DNA of 64,000 nucleotides from the NCBI GenBank assembly GCA_021784815.1, contig JAJYHK010000004.1, positions 16,255 through 80,254 on the forward strand, written 5' to 3'. Below, in pieces: positions 8,902 through 18,339 of this stretch. The notes under the pieces are model-generated. The model saw nothing but the letters and a program-made list of their open reading frames with translations. It did not search any database and was not told the origin of the DNA. Numbering within the stretch: position 1 is the first letter of the stretch; the number at the start of each line of letters is the position of its first letter. The stretch comes from a bacterium (GTDB lineage: Bacteria; Patescibacteriota; Minisyncoccia; Phycocordibacterales; Phycocordibacteraceae). The translations under genes and the position numbers were made by a program.

Positions 8902-9848
8902 ATGGTCGTCGGCACGATGGCAACAGAATCAAAGTCGTGTTTGGGGATATTATCGGTCACGATACCGTCGATGCCCAGCTGGGCAAATTCCGCAATCATC
9001 ACCGGATGATTTATCGTCCAGACGTAAAAACTTGGAGCGGATGACGGATTCGTGGTCCGCCACGCATCCAAACGCGCTACTTGTGCGGTCACGATTTTCC
9101 GAAAAATGCTCTTTAAAAAGGGTATCCGCCAGACGGCGCTCCCGGCGGTAATGACATTGAGTCCGAGTTTATTCGCAAGAGCGTCCGGGCGGCATTTCCC
9201 AGGAGAAACAACCGATTGGAGTCGGAGCTCGAGCGTGTAGCCGAGCCGCAGTGCGGAGTTTGTACGCTGTTTCGCTGCCGCGAGAGCTTCTAAAAAGGCT
9301 TTGTCCATGCTCAAGAGGGTAATCCGCTCGTACAACGCCTCCGAGGTGCTCTGTAGCGCAACCGTAACCGCCTCAACCAGCTCAGTGGCGCGATTCGGAT
9401 CGGTGAGTTTAATATCGAGAAATACGTGCTCAAGCTGCGTGGTGCGGCTCATCCAGTCGAAAAACTCGGCAAGCGTCGGTATGGCGCAGGCGACCGCGTG
9501 CTCGGTCGCGTTCCGTCGGGGCATCCGGACAATGCAATGGTAGCCGAAATGCTCCTTGATAGTTTCGAAGTCGAGCCGGCCGACCGGCTTTCGCAGTCGG
9601 GTTCCTGGCAGCGGCACGCGCGGAGCAAAAAGGCCGTCGCCACGCAGACCGCTCTCGCGCCACAGCGCGTAGAGCGCGTTTGGGTGCGCATCATGCCAGA
9701 GGAAGGGCACGCCGTCGCGAGAGAGACACACGTCAATCTCGAGCACTCGGTACCCGAGGAGCTCGACCGCATAGCGACAGGACTCGAGCGTATTCTCGGG
9801 CAGCACGTACGGTGCGCCACGGTGCGCAATGAGCAGCGGTACAGACAT
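8898..9848 (-). CDS. Glycerophosphodiester phosphodiesterase family protein
   Basis: 'LIAHRGAPYVLPENTLES' GDPD signature. Start probably at internal Met (MSVPLL); ORF-track start is 9872. Confidence 0.7.
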   Translation of the reverse strand: MSVPLLIAHRGAPYVLPENTLESCRYAVELLGYRVLEIDVCLSRDGVPFLWHDAHPNALYALWRESGLRGDGLFAPRVPLPGTRLRKPVGRLDFETIKEHFGYHCIVRMPRRNATEHAVACAIPTLAEFFDWMSRTTQLEHVFLDIKLTDPNRATELVEAVTVALQSTSEALYERITLLSMDKAFLEALAAAKQRTNSALRLGYTLELRLQSVVSPGKCRPDALANKLGLNVITAGSAVWRIPFLKSIFRKIVTAQVARLDAWRTTNPSSAPSFYVWTINHPVMIAEFAQLGIDGIVTDNIPKHDFDSVAIVPTTI

Positions 9849-9990
9849 ACTGTGGATTGTACAAGATGCCACGCTGGAGAGAGTGCCAGTTTTGCAACGC
9901 TACTCATCCCATCTCCTCCGAAGCCGATGAAATGCATCTTCATTCCAAGTGGTTCTTCTGATCAGCGTGCTACAATCTAGCCCATGTGAT

Positions 9991-10470
9991 ATGGGCCGAG
10001 CATTGCTCATTGCTGCGATTGCGATTGGTGCCGGTTTCCTCGCACTGTGGCTTACGATCAGCCCGCTTAGAACCGGTGCGGTTGCTGGCCAAGGATACGT
10101 TTCTGCGAACTTCGGCGGCGTTCCTTTGCGGATACAGCTCGCGCTCACCGAAGTCCAGCGTGAAAAGGGACTCGGTGGCCGCACCAGCGTTCCTAAGAAC
10201 TCCGGGATGCTGTTCGTCTTTCCGCAAGACGGGGAGTACGGATTCTGGATGAAAGATACCCTCGTGCCGCTCGATATATTCTGGCTCAACGATGCTGGAA
10301 AGGTGGTGTATATGGTGGAGAATGTTGCGACCTCGACGTATCCCGGCGCGTTTTATCCGAGCGTCCCGGCGCGGTATGTCCTTGAGACGGCTGCAGGTTT
10401 CGGTCAGCAACACGGCATTGCCACGGGGACCGCACTTTTGCTGAAGAAATTCCCGACCACCGCTCGCTAG
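9991..10470 (+). CDS. DUF192 (COG1430) domain protein
   Basis: 'GMLFVFPQDGEYGFWMKDTLVPLDIFWL' DUF192-like core; N-terminal TM. Start taken at MGRALL. Confidence 0.6.
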   Translation: MGRALLIAAIAIGAGFLALWLTISPLRTGAVAGQGYVSANFGGVPLRIQLALTEVQREKGLGGRTSVPKNSGMLFVFPQDGEYGFWMKDTLVPLDIFWLNDAGKVVYMVENVATSTYPGAFYPSVPARYVLETAAGFGQQHGIATGTALLLKKFPTTAR

Positions 10471-10495
10471 AACATATTCTCAATACGTTCTCAAT

Positions 10496-10529
10496 ATGGA
10501 ACGCCCGCGCGTGAGCACGGGCGTTCCAT
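10496..10529 (-). terminator. Hairpin terminator downstream of rnpB
   Basis: Perfect palindrome 'atggaacgcccg-cgcgtgagca-cgggcgttccat' immediately 3' of the RNase P RNA on the minus strand. Confidence 0.5.
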
Positions 10530-10532
10530 GGA

Positions 10533-10910
10533 TGTGGATCGAGCCGGTAAGCCGAATTCTGTCTTTTCCGCTACCGTAGTAGTGGACGAGGCGACCATGT
10601 ATCTGGGACGCTGATTGCTCAGCACCTCACGCGGCGCTCCACTATGCGCAGGTGCGCTGTGTGGCTCGGCCTTGCACGACGGTAAGGATTTAGCCGTTTC
10701 ACCCTTCGATTTCGCTTGCGCGTATGCGAAGGCTCTTCCGTTGCCGGAAGCCAGCATGCTTTCGCGTGCCGGCGTCTCTGCTCGCACCTCGCGCCTCGCG
10801 GCGTGCGGGCGTTACCCGCTACCGTACTGTCGGCATCGAAATGATGCCGCTCGTGTTCGGACTTTCCTCTGCGCGGCGTCTCCGCACAGCGGCCGCCTGG
10901 CTCGGTCCGT
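10533..10910 (-). ncRNA. rnpB: RNase P RNA, bacterial type A
   Basis: Minus-strand reading gives 'GAGGAAAGTCCGAAC' (P4 5' strand, universal GGAAAGUCCG) near the 5' end and 'ACAGAATTCGGCTTACCGG' (consensus ACAGAAcCCGGCUUA) near the 3' end. P4 pairs with a bulged U and a GG/CC to AA/UU covariation relative to E. coli. Also 'GGGTAACGCCCG' and 'AAGGGTGAAACGGC' conserved-region matches. P1 from 'GGACCGAGCC' with 'GGCTCGATCC'. Length about 378 nt. Confidence 0.8.
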
Positions 10911-10914
10911 ATAG

Positions 10915-10920
10915 ATTATA
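10915..10920 (-). promoter_or_regulatory. -10 box (TATAAT) for rnpB
   Basis: Perfect TATAAT on the minus strand about 5-7 nt upstream of the inferred rnpB 5' end. Confidence 0.5.
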
Positions 10921-11024
10921 ACACAGAACGACATTTTCTCCATAAACTGTGGACGACGCGCGTACTCGCAAGTGCGAGAGGTATACTGATAGCTATTAGT
11001 ACGTAGTAATTCAAGGTAATTCCC

Positions 11025-13403
11025 ATGCCCCCGCACGTTTTTGCCGCACCGAGACGGCGCTCTTTGGACACCGTTGCTGTTTGGTCCCTCGTTTTGACTC
11101 TTTTAGTCGCGCTCATCGTCGCGACGCCGTTCGTCTCCCTCCCGCCTGCGCTCGTGAAGGGGTTTGTGCTCGGCGCCGGCGCCATTATCACGCTCGCACT
11201 CTTTATCTTTGCTCGTCTTTCGCGCGGCAATGTCATTTTTCCGCCCTATGTGCTCGTCCTCGCGCTCTGGCTCCCGGCGCTCGCCTATGGCTTCTCAGCG
11301 CTTTTCTCTGGGACGACGTTTTCTGCGGCGCTTTGGGGTACGAGTTTTGAGCCTGATACTCTTGGATTCATACTCGTCGTTACTTTCCTTGGGATGCTCG
11401 CGGCACTTCTCGTTCGCCGGGTTGAGCATTTCCGATCGTTCTTCACGGCGGCCTTCTGGGCATTTGCGGCAGTCGTTGCGATCCAGACGCTCGTGCTCCT
11501 GGTGGGGCAAGTAGCACCGGCGACGGTCTCGCCGAACTTCTCGATCGTGGGCTCATACAATAGTCTCGCGATGTTCCTCGGACTTGGCCTCGTGAGCTTG
11601 CTCCTCGCGACGCGTTTCCTCGACCTCTCCCGGCGTGCGCGCCTCGCGAGCACGGTTACCGGGGTGTTTACGCTCTTCCTGCTTGCAGTCGCCAACCTTC
11701 CGCTCGCCTGGACGCTCGTCGCACTCGTCGCGCTCGGTCTCTTTGTAGAGTCGGTCATGCGCCGGAACGGGAGTACCGGGGACGCGGATCTCGATGATGT
11801 CGCGGTGGTCGCGGAGTCGATGTCCGAATCGACGGGTGGCAGCCGCTCGCTCGTCGTACCGCTCGTCGTGCTTGCGGTGTCGCTCTTTTTCCTCATCGGC
11901 GGCAACCTTGGCAGCGCGCTTGCGAGCGCGCTGCATGCGAGCGAGCTCAACGTCCGCCCCTCCTGGCAATCGACACTCGCGGTGACGCGCCATGTATACT
12001 CGGATGCGCCGCTCTTTGGTACGGGTCCGGACACGTTCGGCAACGAGTGGCTTAAGTACCGCGATGCCGCGCTCAATCAGACGGTCTTCTGGAATCTCGA
12101 TTTCTCTTCGGGCGTCGGATTCATTCCGACCTCGTTTGCGACGACAGGCCTCGTCGGTGCTGCAGCGTGGCTCCTCTTTGCCGGGCTCCTCCTCGTACTC
12201 GGGCTGCGTATGCTCTTGCGCCGCGCGCCGCGTGATCCGTACTTGCGCTTCGCGTCAGTCGTCTCGTTTGTCGGTGCGACGTATCTCTTCGTCTCGGCGG
12301 TTTTCGATCAACCAGGCGCGGTCATGCTCGCGCTCCTCTTCGTGTTCGTGGGGCTCTTTGCGTCGCTCATGCGCCATGCTGAACAGTCGCACCAGTGGGG
12401 CATCGTCTTCTCGCGCGCTCCGCGCATCGGGTTTGTCGTCGTGTTCACGCTCACGCTCCTGCTTCTCTCGTCGGTAGCGGCCGCTTATGCACTTGTGGAG
12501 CGTTCGGTTGCCACCTCTGAACTTGCACGCGGCCTCTCGGCGCTCAATAATGGCAACATTGCCGTCGCGCAGTCGGCCGCCCAGTCCTCGATCTCGTTCG
12601 CTCCGATGCCGGAAACGTATCTTCTTGAGGCGGAAGCGGCGAACGCCCAGCTCGGGGAGATAACCTCCTCTACCACGATGCCCGCCGCAACCGCGCAGCA
12701 GGCATTCCAGGCAACCCTTTCAAACGGCATTAACGCGGCGCTTACGGCAACACAGCTTGCACCGAACGATTACCGCGGATGGGTAGCGCTTGGCAACCTG
12801 TATGCTGCAGCCGTGCCGTTTAAGGTGTCGGGCGCCTATGCAAGCGCAAAAACCGCCTACGCAAAGGCCGAGACGCTCGATCCGACGAACGCGCAGATTC
12901 CATTTGCCGTCGCGCAGCTCGATATCGCAAACAAAGACCTCGCGGCAGCCCAGGCCGATCTCCAGAAGGCGATCGCGCTCAAGCAGAATTATACGTCGGC
13001 TATCTTCCTGCTCTCGCAACTTGAAGTGCAGACCGGTAATGTAAAGGACGCGCTCGCGGCGGCTGAGGCGGCAAACTACTTCACGCCGAATAACCCGAGT
13101 ATTCTCTTCCAAATCGGCATTTTGAGCGCCGCGCAAAATGACCTCTCGACAGCCGACCAAGCGCTCGCCGCGGCAGTGTCGGTGAACCCGAAATTCGCCA
13201 ATGCCCGCTACTTCCTCGCCGCGATTCTTGCTAAGGAGGGTAATTACAGCGCCGCGCTCGCTCAGCTTCAGGCAGTTGCCGCGCTCTCGTCATCCAACCA
13301 GCAGACCGTCGCGCCGCTCATGACGGCGCTCCAGAGCAACAAGAACCCCTTCCCGGCAAACCTTCTCTCGGCCTCGTCGACCCCGGTCAAACCCGGAGCA
13401 TAG
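11025..13403 (+). CDS. Large polytopic membrane protein with C-terminal TPR repeats (O-antigen-ligase/Wzy-like)
   Basis: More than 10 predicted TM helices in the N-terminal 500 aa. C-terminal approx. 250 aa is Ala-rich with TPR-like repeats ('AYAKAETLDPTNAQ...','LKQNYTSAIFLLSQLEVQTGN'). Confidence 0.55.
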   Translation: MPPHVFAAPRRRSLDTVAVWSLVLTLLVALIVATPFVSLPPALVKGFVLGAGAIITLALFIFARLSRGNVIFPPYVLVLALWLPALAYGFSALFSGTTFSAALWGTSFEPDTLGFILVVTFLGMLAALLVRRVEHFRSFFTAAFWAFAAVVAIQTLVLLVGQVAPATVSPNFSIVGSYNSLAMFLGLGLVSLLLATRFLDLSRRARLASTVTGVFTLFLLAVANLPLAWTLVALVALGLFVESVMRRNGSTGDADLDDVAVVAESMSESTGGSRSLVVPLVVLAVSLFFLIGGNLGSALASALHASELNVRPSWQSTLAVTRHVYSDAPLFGTGPDTFGNEWLKYRDAALNQTVFWNLDFSSGVGFIPTSFATTGLVGAAAWLLFAGLLLVLGLRMLLRRAPRDPYLRFASVVSFVGATYLFVSAVFDQPGAVMLALLFVFVGLFASLMRHAEQSHQWGIVFSRAPRIGFVVVFTLTLLLLSSVAAAYALVERSVATSELARGLSALNNGNIAVAQSAAQSSISFAPMPETYLLEAEAANAQLGEITSSTTMPAATAQQAFQATLSNGINAALTATQLAPNDYRGWVALGNLYAAAVPFKVSGAYASAKTAYAKAETLDPTNAQIPFAVAQLDIANKDLAAAQADLQKAIALKQNYTSAIFLLSQLEVQTGNVKDALAAAEAANYFTPNNPSILFQIGILSAAQNDLSTADQALAAAVSVNPKFANARYFLAAILAKEGNYSAALAQLQAVAALSSSNQQTVAPLMTALQSNKNPFPANLLSASSTPVKPGA

Positions 13404-13441
13404 CCTTCGGAGAGCAGGGTACTCGTAGTACGATAGAGTAG

Positions 13442-15121
13442 ATGGTCGGACAGCTTTTGCGGCGCATCACAGCGCCGGTGCGGGGGGTGCATCAAGCAGC
13501 ATACTTGCTCGCCGCACTTACGCTTGCGTCACAGCTCCTCGCGCTCCTGCGCGACCGGACATTCGCCCACGTGTTCGGCGCGGGGCATACACTCGATCTC
13601 TACTACGCCGCTTTCAAGGTGCCTGACCTGGTATTTGCTCTGGTTTCTTCGCTTGTCAGCGCGTACATCCTCATTCCGCGGATCACGTCTGCTTCGCGGG
13701 AAGAAACAGGAGCGCTGCTTTCGCAATCGCTCTCGTTTCTCGTCATCGGGGGAGGACTTATCTGTCTCGTACTGGCAATATTTGCACCGACGCTGCTGTT
13801 TGCCATTTACCCAGAGTTCGCACACGCGCCGCATCGTGCCGGGTTCGTATTGCTTGCGCGCATCCTGCTCGTCCAGCCGCTCCTTCTCGGTGCCTCAGGC
13901 GTACTCGGGAGCGTTACCCAGGTTGAGCGGCAGTTCTTCCTCTTTGCCCTCGCACCGGTGCTCTATAACCTCGGCATCATCTTCGGGACCGTGGCGCTCT
14001 ATCCGCGCTATGGGTTGCCCGGTATCGGCTACGGTGTGGCCGGAGGAGCGGTACTCTACCTTGCGACGAACATTCCGGCGGTCATGCGAGCGCGCCTCAA
14101 GCTTCGGCCCGCATGGCCGAAGCTTGCTGCGATGCTACCGATCGTGAAGGACTCGGTGCCGCGTTCGCTCGCACTCGGCATGGATTCTTTCACGCTCCTC
14201 TTTCTTACCGCGCTTGCGGCAAAGCTCTCAAGCGGCAGCGTCTCTGTTTTCACGCTTGCGGGTAACCTCGAAAACGTACCGCTCTCGCTCATTGGCGGGT
14301 CCTATGCTGTCGCGGCGTTTCCGTCTCTCAGCAAGCATGCGTTTTCCGATCGCGAAGAGTTCGGGCGCGTCCTTTCGAGTAGCGCTCGGCACATCATTCT
14401 TTGGTCGATGGTGCTTCTCGGACTTGTCATTGTACTGCGCGCGTACCTCGTGCGGGTGATTCTCGGCTCAGGAGCATTCGGATGGAGCGCGACGCGGCTT
14501 ACGGCCGCGCTTCTGGCGCTCTTTGTGGCCGGGTTAGCCGCCCAAGGGCTCGTGCTTCTTTTTTCCCGTGCGCTCTATGCCATGAAGCAGTCTTGGCGTC
14601 CGTTTCTCTATCAGCTCGGTGCGGCGCTCTTTACGGCGGCGATCGCGCTCTTTTTCCTCACGCCGCTCTCACGCGCAACCTTTGCACCCTGGCTCGCGCA
14701 CGTGCTCAAGGTTGGCGACACCACAGGAGCTCTTGTTCTTATGCTTGCATTCGCGGCAACCTTGGGCGAGATATTCCTCGCCTCCTGGGCGACTTTTGCC
14801 CTTCGGAAGGCCGTCCCCGGTCTCGCAACGAGCCTCATTCGGCCGCTCGTGCAGGGAACGCTTGCGGCCGTGACCGCGGGCGCCGCGGCGTACGGCGTTC
14901 TCGCGCTTCTTGGCGGAGTAGCGCCGCTCGACACGGTTCGGACGGTCTTCATGAACGGGCTTATCGGGGGCGTGGTCGGGCTCATGGTTGCCGCGCTTGT
15001 GCTCTGGCTCGTGCACAATGCGGAATTCTTCGACATTGTCGCGGCGATACGACGGCTCGCGACGCGGCGTATGCGAACCGATATGCTCGCCCCTTCAGGC
15101 GAGGAGCCGGTGCAGTTTTGA
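13442..15121 (+). CDS. murJ: Lipid II flippase MurJ (MviN family)
   Basis: N-terminal 'LALLRDRTFAHVFGAGHTLDLYYAAFKVPDLVFALVSS' is typical of MurJ; 14 TM-like segments; 559 aa. Confidence 0.75.
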   Translation: MVGQLLRRITAPVRGVHQAAYLLAALTLASQLLALLRDRTFAHVFGAGHTLDLYYAAFKVPDLVFALVSSLVSAYILIPRITSASREETGALLSQSLSFLVIGGGLICLVLAIFAPTLLFAIYPEFAHAPHRAGFVLLARILLVQPLLLGASGVLGSVTQVERQFFLFALAPVLYNLGIIFGTVALYPRYGLPGIGYGVAGGAVLYLATNIPAVMRARLKLRPAWPKLAAMLPIVKDSVPRSLALGMDSFTLLFLTALAAKLSSGSVSVFTLAGNLENVPLSLIGGSYAVAAFPSLSKHAFSDREEFGRVLSSSARHIILWSMVLLGLVIVLRAYLVRVILGSGAFGWSATRLTAALLALFVAGLAAQGLVLLFSRALYAMKQSWRPFLYQLGAALFTAAIALFFLTPLSRATFAPWLAHVLKVGDTTGALVLMLAFAATLGEIFLASWATFALRKAVPGLATSLIRPLVQGTLAAVTAGAAAYGVLALLGGVAPLDTVRTVFMNGLIGGVVGLMVAALVLWLVHNAEFFDIVAAIRRLATRRMRTDMLAPSGEEPVQF

Positions 15122-15159
15122 GAGCCGACAAACGGTACGTCTCGTGGTAGAGTCGGAGC

Positions 15160-16980
15160 GTGCAAATACGTAACTTTTCAATCATTGCCCATATTGATCA
15201 CGGCAAGTCCACGCTTGCCGATCGCATGCTTGAGCGTACGGGCACGATCGAAGCGCGCAAGATGCGCGACCAGGTGCTCGACCGCATGGATCTCGAGCGG
15301 GAGCGGGGCATCACTATCAAGATGCAGCCGGTGCGCATGGCATACCGCGCGAGAGACGGCGTCGAGTATATACTCAACCTCATCGACACGCCCGGGCACA
15401 TCGATTTCTCGTACGAGGTGTCGCGGGCGCTCAAGGCGGTCGAGGGCGTCTTACTGTTGGTCGATTCGACTCAGGGGGTGCAGGCGCAGACGCTGACAAC
15501 ACTCTCGATGGCACGCGCGCAGCAGTGCACGATCATCCCCGTGGTGTCGAAAATCGATGCGCCTGCCGCGCGGCCGGACGAGGTGGCACAAGAGCTTGCG
15601 ACCCTGCTTGGCGTATCTGCCAGCACGGTGTTGCGCGTCTCGGGTAAGACCGGTGCGGGGGTCGACGAACTTCTCGAAGCCATCGTCGAGCGCATTTCGC
15701 CGCCCGCGGGCAGTACGACAGTCAAGGGCGCTGTCGCGCACACGAGTGCCGGCGACGAACCACGCGGGCTCATTTTCGACTTTTCCTACTCGACCCATCG
15801 CGGCGTCACGGTCTTCCTTCGCGTGTTCGACGGGCGCTTCACCAAAGGACAACCGCTTCATTTCCATGCGGCAGGGAAGGCGTTTGCGGCTCTCGAGACG
15901 GGTATTTTCGCGCCGGATGAGCAGCCGGTCGACGCACTCTCGGCGGGTGAGATCGGCTACGTCGTTACGGGCATTAAGGAGGCAGGAGTCGCCGCCGTGG
16001 GCGATACACTCGGGCTCAAGGGCGGTGCACTCCCGGCTTTACCGGGATTTGAACGCCCACGTCCAGTCGTATGGGCGAGCGTGTATCCGGAGAGCCAGGA
16101 TGACCTCCCGCGGCTGCGCCAGGCGCTTGAACGACTCCAGCTCTCCGACTCGTCGCTCTCATTCGAAGAAGAGTCTTCAGGCGTACTCGGCAGAGGATTC
16201 CGCTGCGGCTTTCTGGGGCTTCTCCATCTTGAGATTGTGACGGAGCGGCTTAAGCGCGAATTTAGCCTTGCGCTCGTCATTACCATGCCTACTATCTCGT
16301 ATACCGTAACAATCAAGGACGGCAAGCGAGAAACAATCTACACGCCAGCAAAGTTCCCCGAGCATGGCGACATCATACAAATCGACGAACCGTGGGCTGC
16401 AGTGACCGTCATCGCGCCGGCAGAAACGCTTGGAGCGATCATGCAGCTCTTTTATGATCACGAGGCACAGACCAACAAAACGGAAACCTATGCCGACGGC
16501 CGTATTGAGCTCACTGCAGAGATGCCGCTGCGCGAGCTTATGCGCGGGTTTTTCGACAAACTCAAGAACGTCTCAAGCGGGTACGCGAGTCTCTCCTACG
16601 AGCTCTTGCCCGAACGGCCAGCGGATGTTGTGCGGCTCGACGTGCTGGTCGCAGAGGAGGCGGTGCCGGCGTTCGCGCGCGTTGTGGCGCGGCGGCGCGC
16701 GCAAGAGGAGGCAGACAGAATCGTCGAACGGCTCGAGCGCGTGCTGCCTCGGCAGCTCTTTGTGACGAAGATTCAGGCGCGCGCCTTGGGCCGCATCATC
16801 GCATCCCGTTCGCTTTCGGCCATGCGGAAAGACGTGACCGGGTATCTCTACGGCGGTGACGTCTCGCGCAAGAAGAAACTGCTCGAAAAGCAGAAGAAAG
16901 GCAAAAAGAAGCTGCAGGCGCGCGCCAAGGTAGAGATTCCGGAGGACGTGTTCATGAAAATGGTCCGCGAGTCGGATTAG
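15160..16980 (+). CDS. lepA: Elongation factor 4 (LepA)
   Basis: 'FSIIAHIDHGKSTLADR','DTPGHIDF','SKIDAPAARPDEV'; 606 aa. Confidence 0.9.
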   Translation: MQIRNFSIIAHIDHGKSTLADRMLERTGTIEARKMRDQVLDRMDLERERGITIKMQPVRMAYRARDGVEYILNLIDTPGHIDFSYEVSRALKAVEGVLLLVDSTQGVQAQTLTTLSMARAQQCTIIPVVSKIDAPAARPDEVAQELATLLGVSASTVLRVSGKTGAGVDELLEAIVERISPPAGSTTVKGAVAHTSAGDEPRGLIFDFSYSTHRGVTVFLRVFDGRFTKGQPLHFHAAGKAFAALETGIFAPDEQPVDALSAGEIGYVVTGIKEAGVAAVGDTLGLKGGALPALPGFERPRPVVWASVYPESQDDLPRLRQALERLQLSDSSLSFEEESSGVLGRGFRCGFLGLLHLEIVTERLKREFSLALVITMPTISYTVTIKDGKRETIYTPAKFPEHGDIIQIDEPWAAVTVIAPAETLGAIMQLFYDHEAQTNKTETYADGRIELTAEMPLRELMRGFFDKLKNVSSGYASLSYELLPERPADVVRLDVLVAEEAVPAFARVVARRRAQEEADRIVERLERVLPRQLFVTKIQARALGRIIASRSLSAMRKDVTGYLYGGDVSRKKKLLEKQKKGKKKLQARAKVEIPEDVFMKMVRESD

Positions 16981-17099
16981 GGTCATTCGCCGCGGGTGTA
17001 GTCTATTTCGGCGGCGCCCCGGGCCGCTAGGCCAAGTCTAACCACCGAAATAACCCACACTCGCGGCTCCTCAGCAGGATTAGGTTTACTCGCTGCGCT

Positions 17100-17690
17100 C
17101 CGGAATTACGCGGTGGAGTATACAGTCCCCCTTTGATCAGGATGATAGCCCACGCCTTCAGGCGATCATTTCAATAATGACGAGGTGGGTACCGAATACC
17201 GCAAAGCCTCCCATACCGTCTTCCGCCTGGAGGTGCACGTGGTCTGGGCCACCAAGTACCGGTACAAGGTACTGAAAGGCCCTATCGCTGAACGCGCCCG
17301 AGAACTCATCCGGCGCATCACCCTGGAAGAACGTGCGGAAATCCTCTCGGGTACCTTAAGCCCAGACCACGTGCACCTCCTGCTCTCCCTCGACCCCGCA
17401 ACCAGCATCAGCCACCTCGTCAAGCCCCTCAAGGGCAAGACGAGCAGACGGCTCCAGATGGAGTTCCCGGAACTCCGCAAACGATACTGGGGCCAGCACC
17501 TATGGGCACGCGGGTACTTTGCCGTCTCGGTGGGCAATGTGTCCAAAGACATGGTGACGGAGTACCTCAAACATCACTTCGAGGGCAAAGAGGGTACCGA
17601 TACCTTCAAAATCGACGAGGGGCACTAAGTACTTCAGTACGCCCCTGGCTTTTGATTCTGTGCGCTTCAGCGCACATGTGGTTTAATTTC
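17100..17690 (+). mobile_element. IS200/IS605-family insertion sequence (tnpA only)
   Basis: Contains tnpA; right-end hairpin 'tgtgcgc-ttca-gcgcaca' at 17661-17678; long imperfect palindrome upstream at 16989-17070. Confidence 0.6.
17185..17628 (+). CDS. tnpA: IS200/IS605 family transposase TnpA (Y1 HUH)
   Basis: 147 aa. 'HVHLLLS' HuH motif and C-terminal catalytic Tyr region ('YLKHHFE') typical of IS200 TnpA. Confidence 0.8.
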   Translation: MGTEYRKASHTVFRLEVHVVWATKYRYKVLKGPIAERARELIRRITLEERAEILSGTLSPDHVHLLLSLDPATSISHLVKPLKGKTSRRLQMEFPELRKRYWGQHLWARGYFAVSVGNVSKDMVTEYLKHHFEGKEGTDTFKIDEGH

Positions 17691-17693
17691 TCT

Positions 17694-18032
17694 ATGCGCA
17701 CCAAACAGTGGCGACAGGGGTTCGCGATCGGCGTACTCGTGCTCGCGGCGCTCTGGCTCGGGTCGCTCATTTGGGGGCTTATTGGCAAGGCAGAAATAGC
17801 CATCGCACAGGCACATGACGCAAAACGCCAATACCGCCAGCTCGAGCACCGCAAGGAGGTGCTCCAGCAGCAGATCGATGCGCTCCAAACGCCGCTCGGT
17901 CGTGATGCGGCGATCCGCACGGCATTCGGCGTTGCGAAGCCCGGAGAAGAGGTTATTGTCGTCGTACCGCCCGCTTCGACCACAGCTTCGACCACGAAAC
18001 CGTGGTGGCGTCGCGTGCTACAGTGGTTCTAA
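17694..18032 (+). CDS. Septum formation initiator (FtsB/DivIC-like)
   Basis: N-terminal TM helix then coiled coil 'AQAHDAKRQYRQLEHRKEVLQQQIDALQ'. Start taken at MRTKQW; the ORF-track start at 17502 overlaps tnpA. Confidence 0.6.
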   Translation: MRTKQWRQGFAIGVLVLAALWLGSLIWGLIGKAEIAIAQAHDAKRQYRQLEHRKEVLQQQIDALQTPLGRDAAIRTAFGVAKPGEEVIVVVPPASTTASTTKPWWRRVLQWF

Positions 18033-18040
18033 GGAAGCCC

Positions 18041-18111
18041 GCGGATATAGTTTAGTGGCAGAATAGATGCTTCCCAAGCATCGGGCGGGAGTTCGATTCT
18101 CCCTATCCGCA
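18041..18111 (+). tRNA. tRNA-Gly (CCC)
   Basis: Acceptor GCGGATA/TATCCGC, anticodon stem-loop gatgc-ttCCCaa-gcatc, T-arm gggagTTCGATTctccc. Confidence 0.8.
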
Positions 18112-18213
18112 CAGCGGTCAGCACGCAGTTTTTAGACTCCGAGGCCTCGATTTTGGTCCGCAACTCCGAGGGTCATTCCCGCACAAAAGCGCGATTTTGG
18201 TCGCGTTTTTGTG

Positions 18214-18339
18214 CTAATCGGCGAGTGTGACCACTCGATCGTTCAGGATGAGCCGGTCGCGCAGGTGTTCCAGCAACTCGCGCTTCTCTTCTCTGGAGCC
18301 GTTCTTGAGCAGATACTTGGCGTATTTGCGTATGTCCAT
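18214..18339 (-). pseudogene. Truncated paralog (41 codons) of the small protein at 36100-36309
   Basis: Translation '[41 protein letters not shown]' aligns with 'DLRTYAKYILKEGTNEEKRELMGCFKTKL'. Shared DNA string 'cagctcgcgcttctcttc'. Lies directly downstream of tRNA-Gly. Confidence 0.55.

Noticed and set aside
9426-9980. 184-aa plus-strand ORF and 164-aa minus-strand ORF overlapping the GDPD gene
   Set aside because: Overlap a motif-supported gene (HRG...ENT GDPD signature) in other frames; no features of their own.
10491-10914. 98-aa and 99-aa ORFs in the 10.5-10.9 kb gap
   Set aside because: The region is fully explained by the RNase P RNA gene; ORFs in a structured high-GC RNA gene are spurious.
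11285-12076. 263-aa minus-strand ORF and several 100-160-aa ORFs overlapping the TPR membrane protein gene
   Set aside because: Overlap a long plus-strand gene with a coherent TM/TPR architecture. Composition is Ser/Arg/Thr-rich GC-frame noise.
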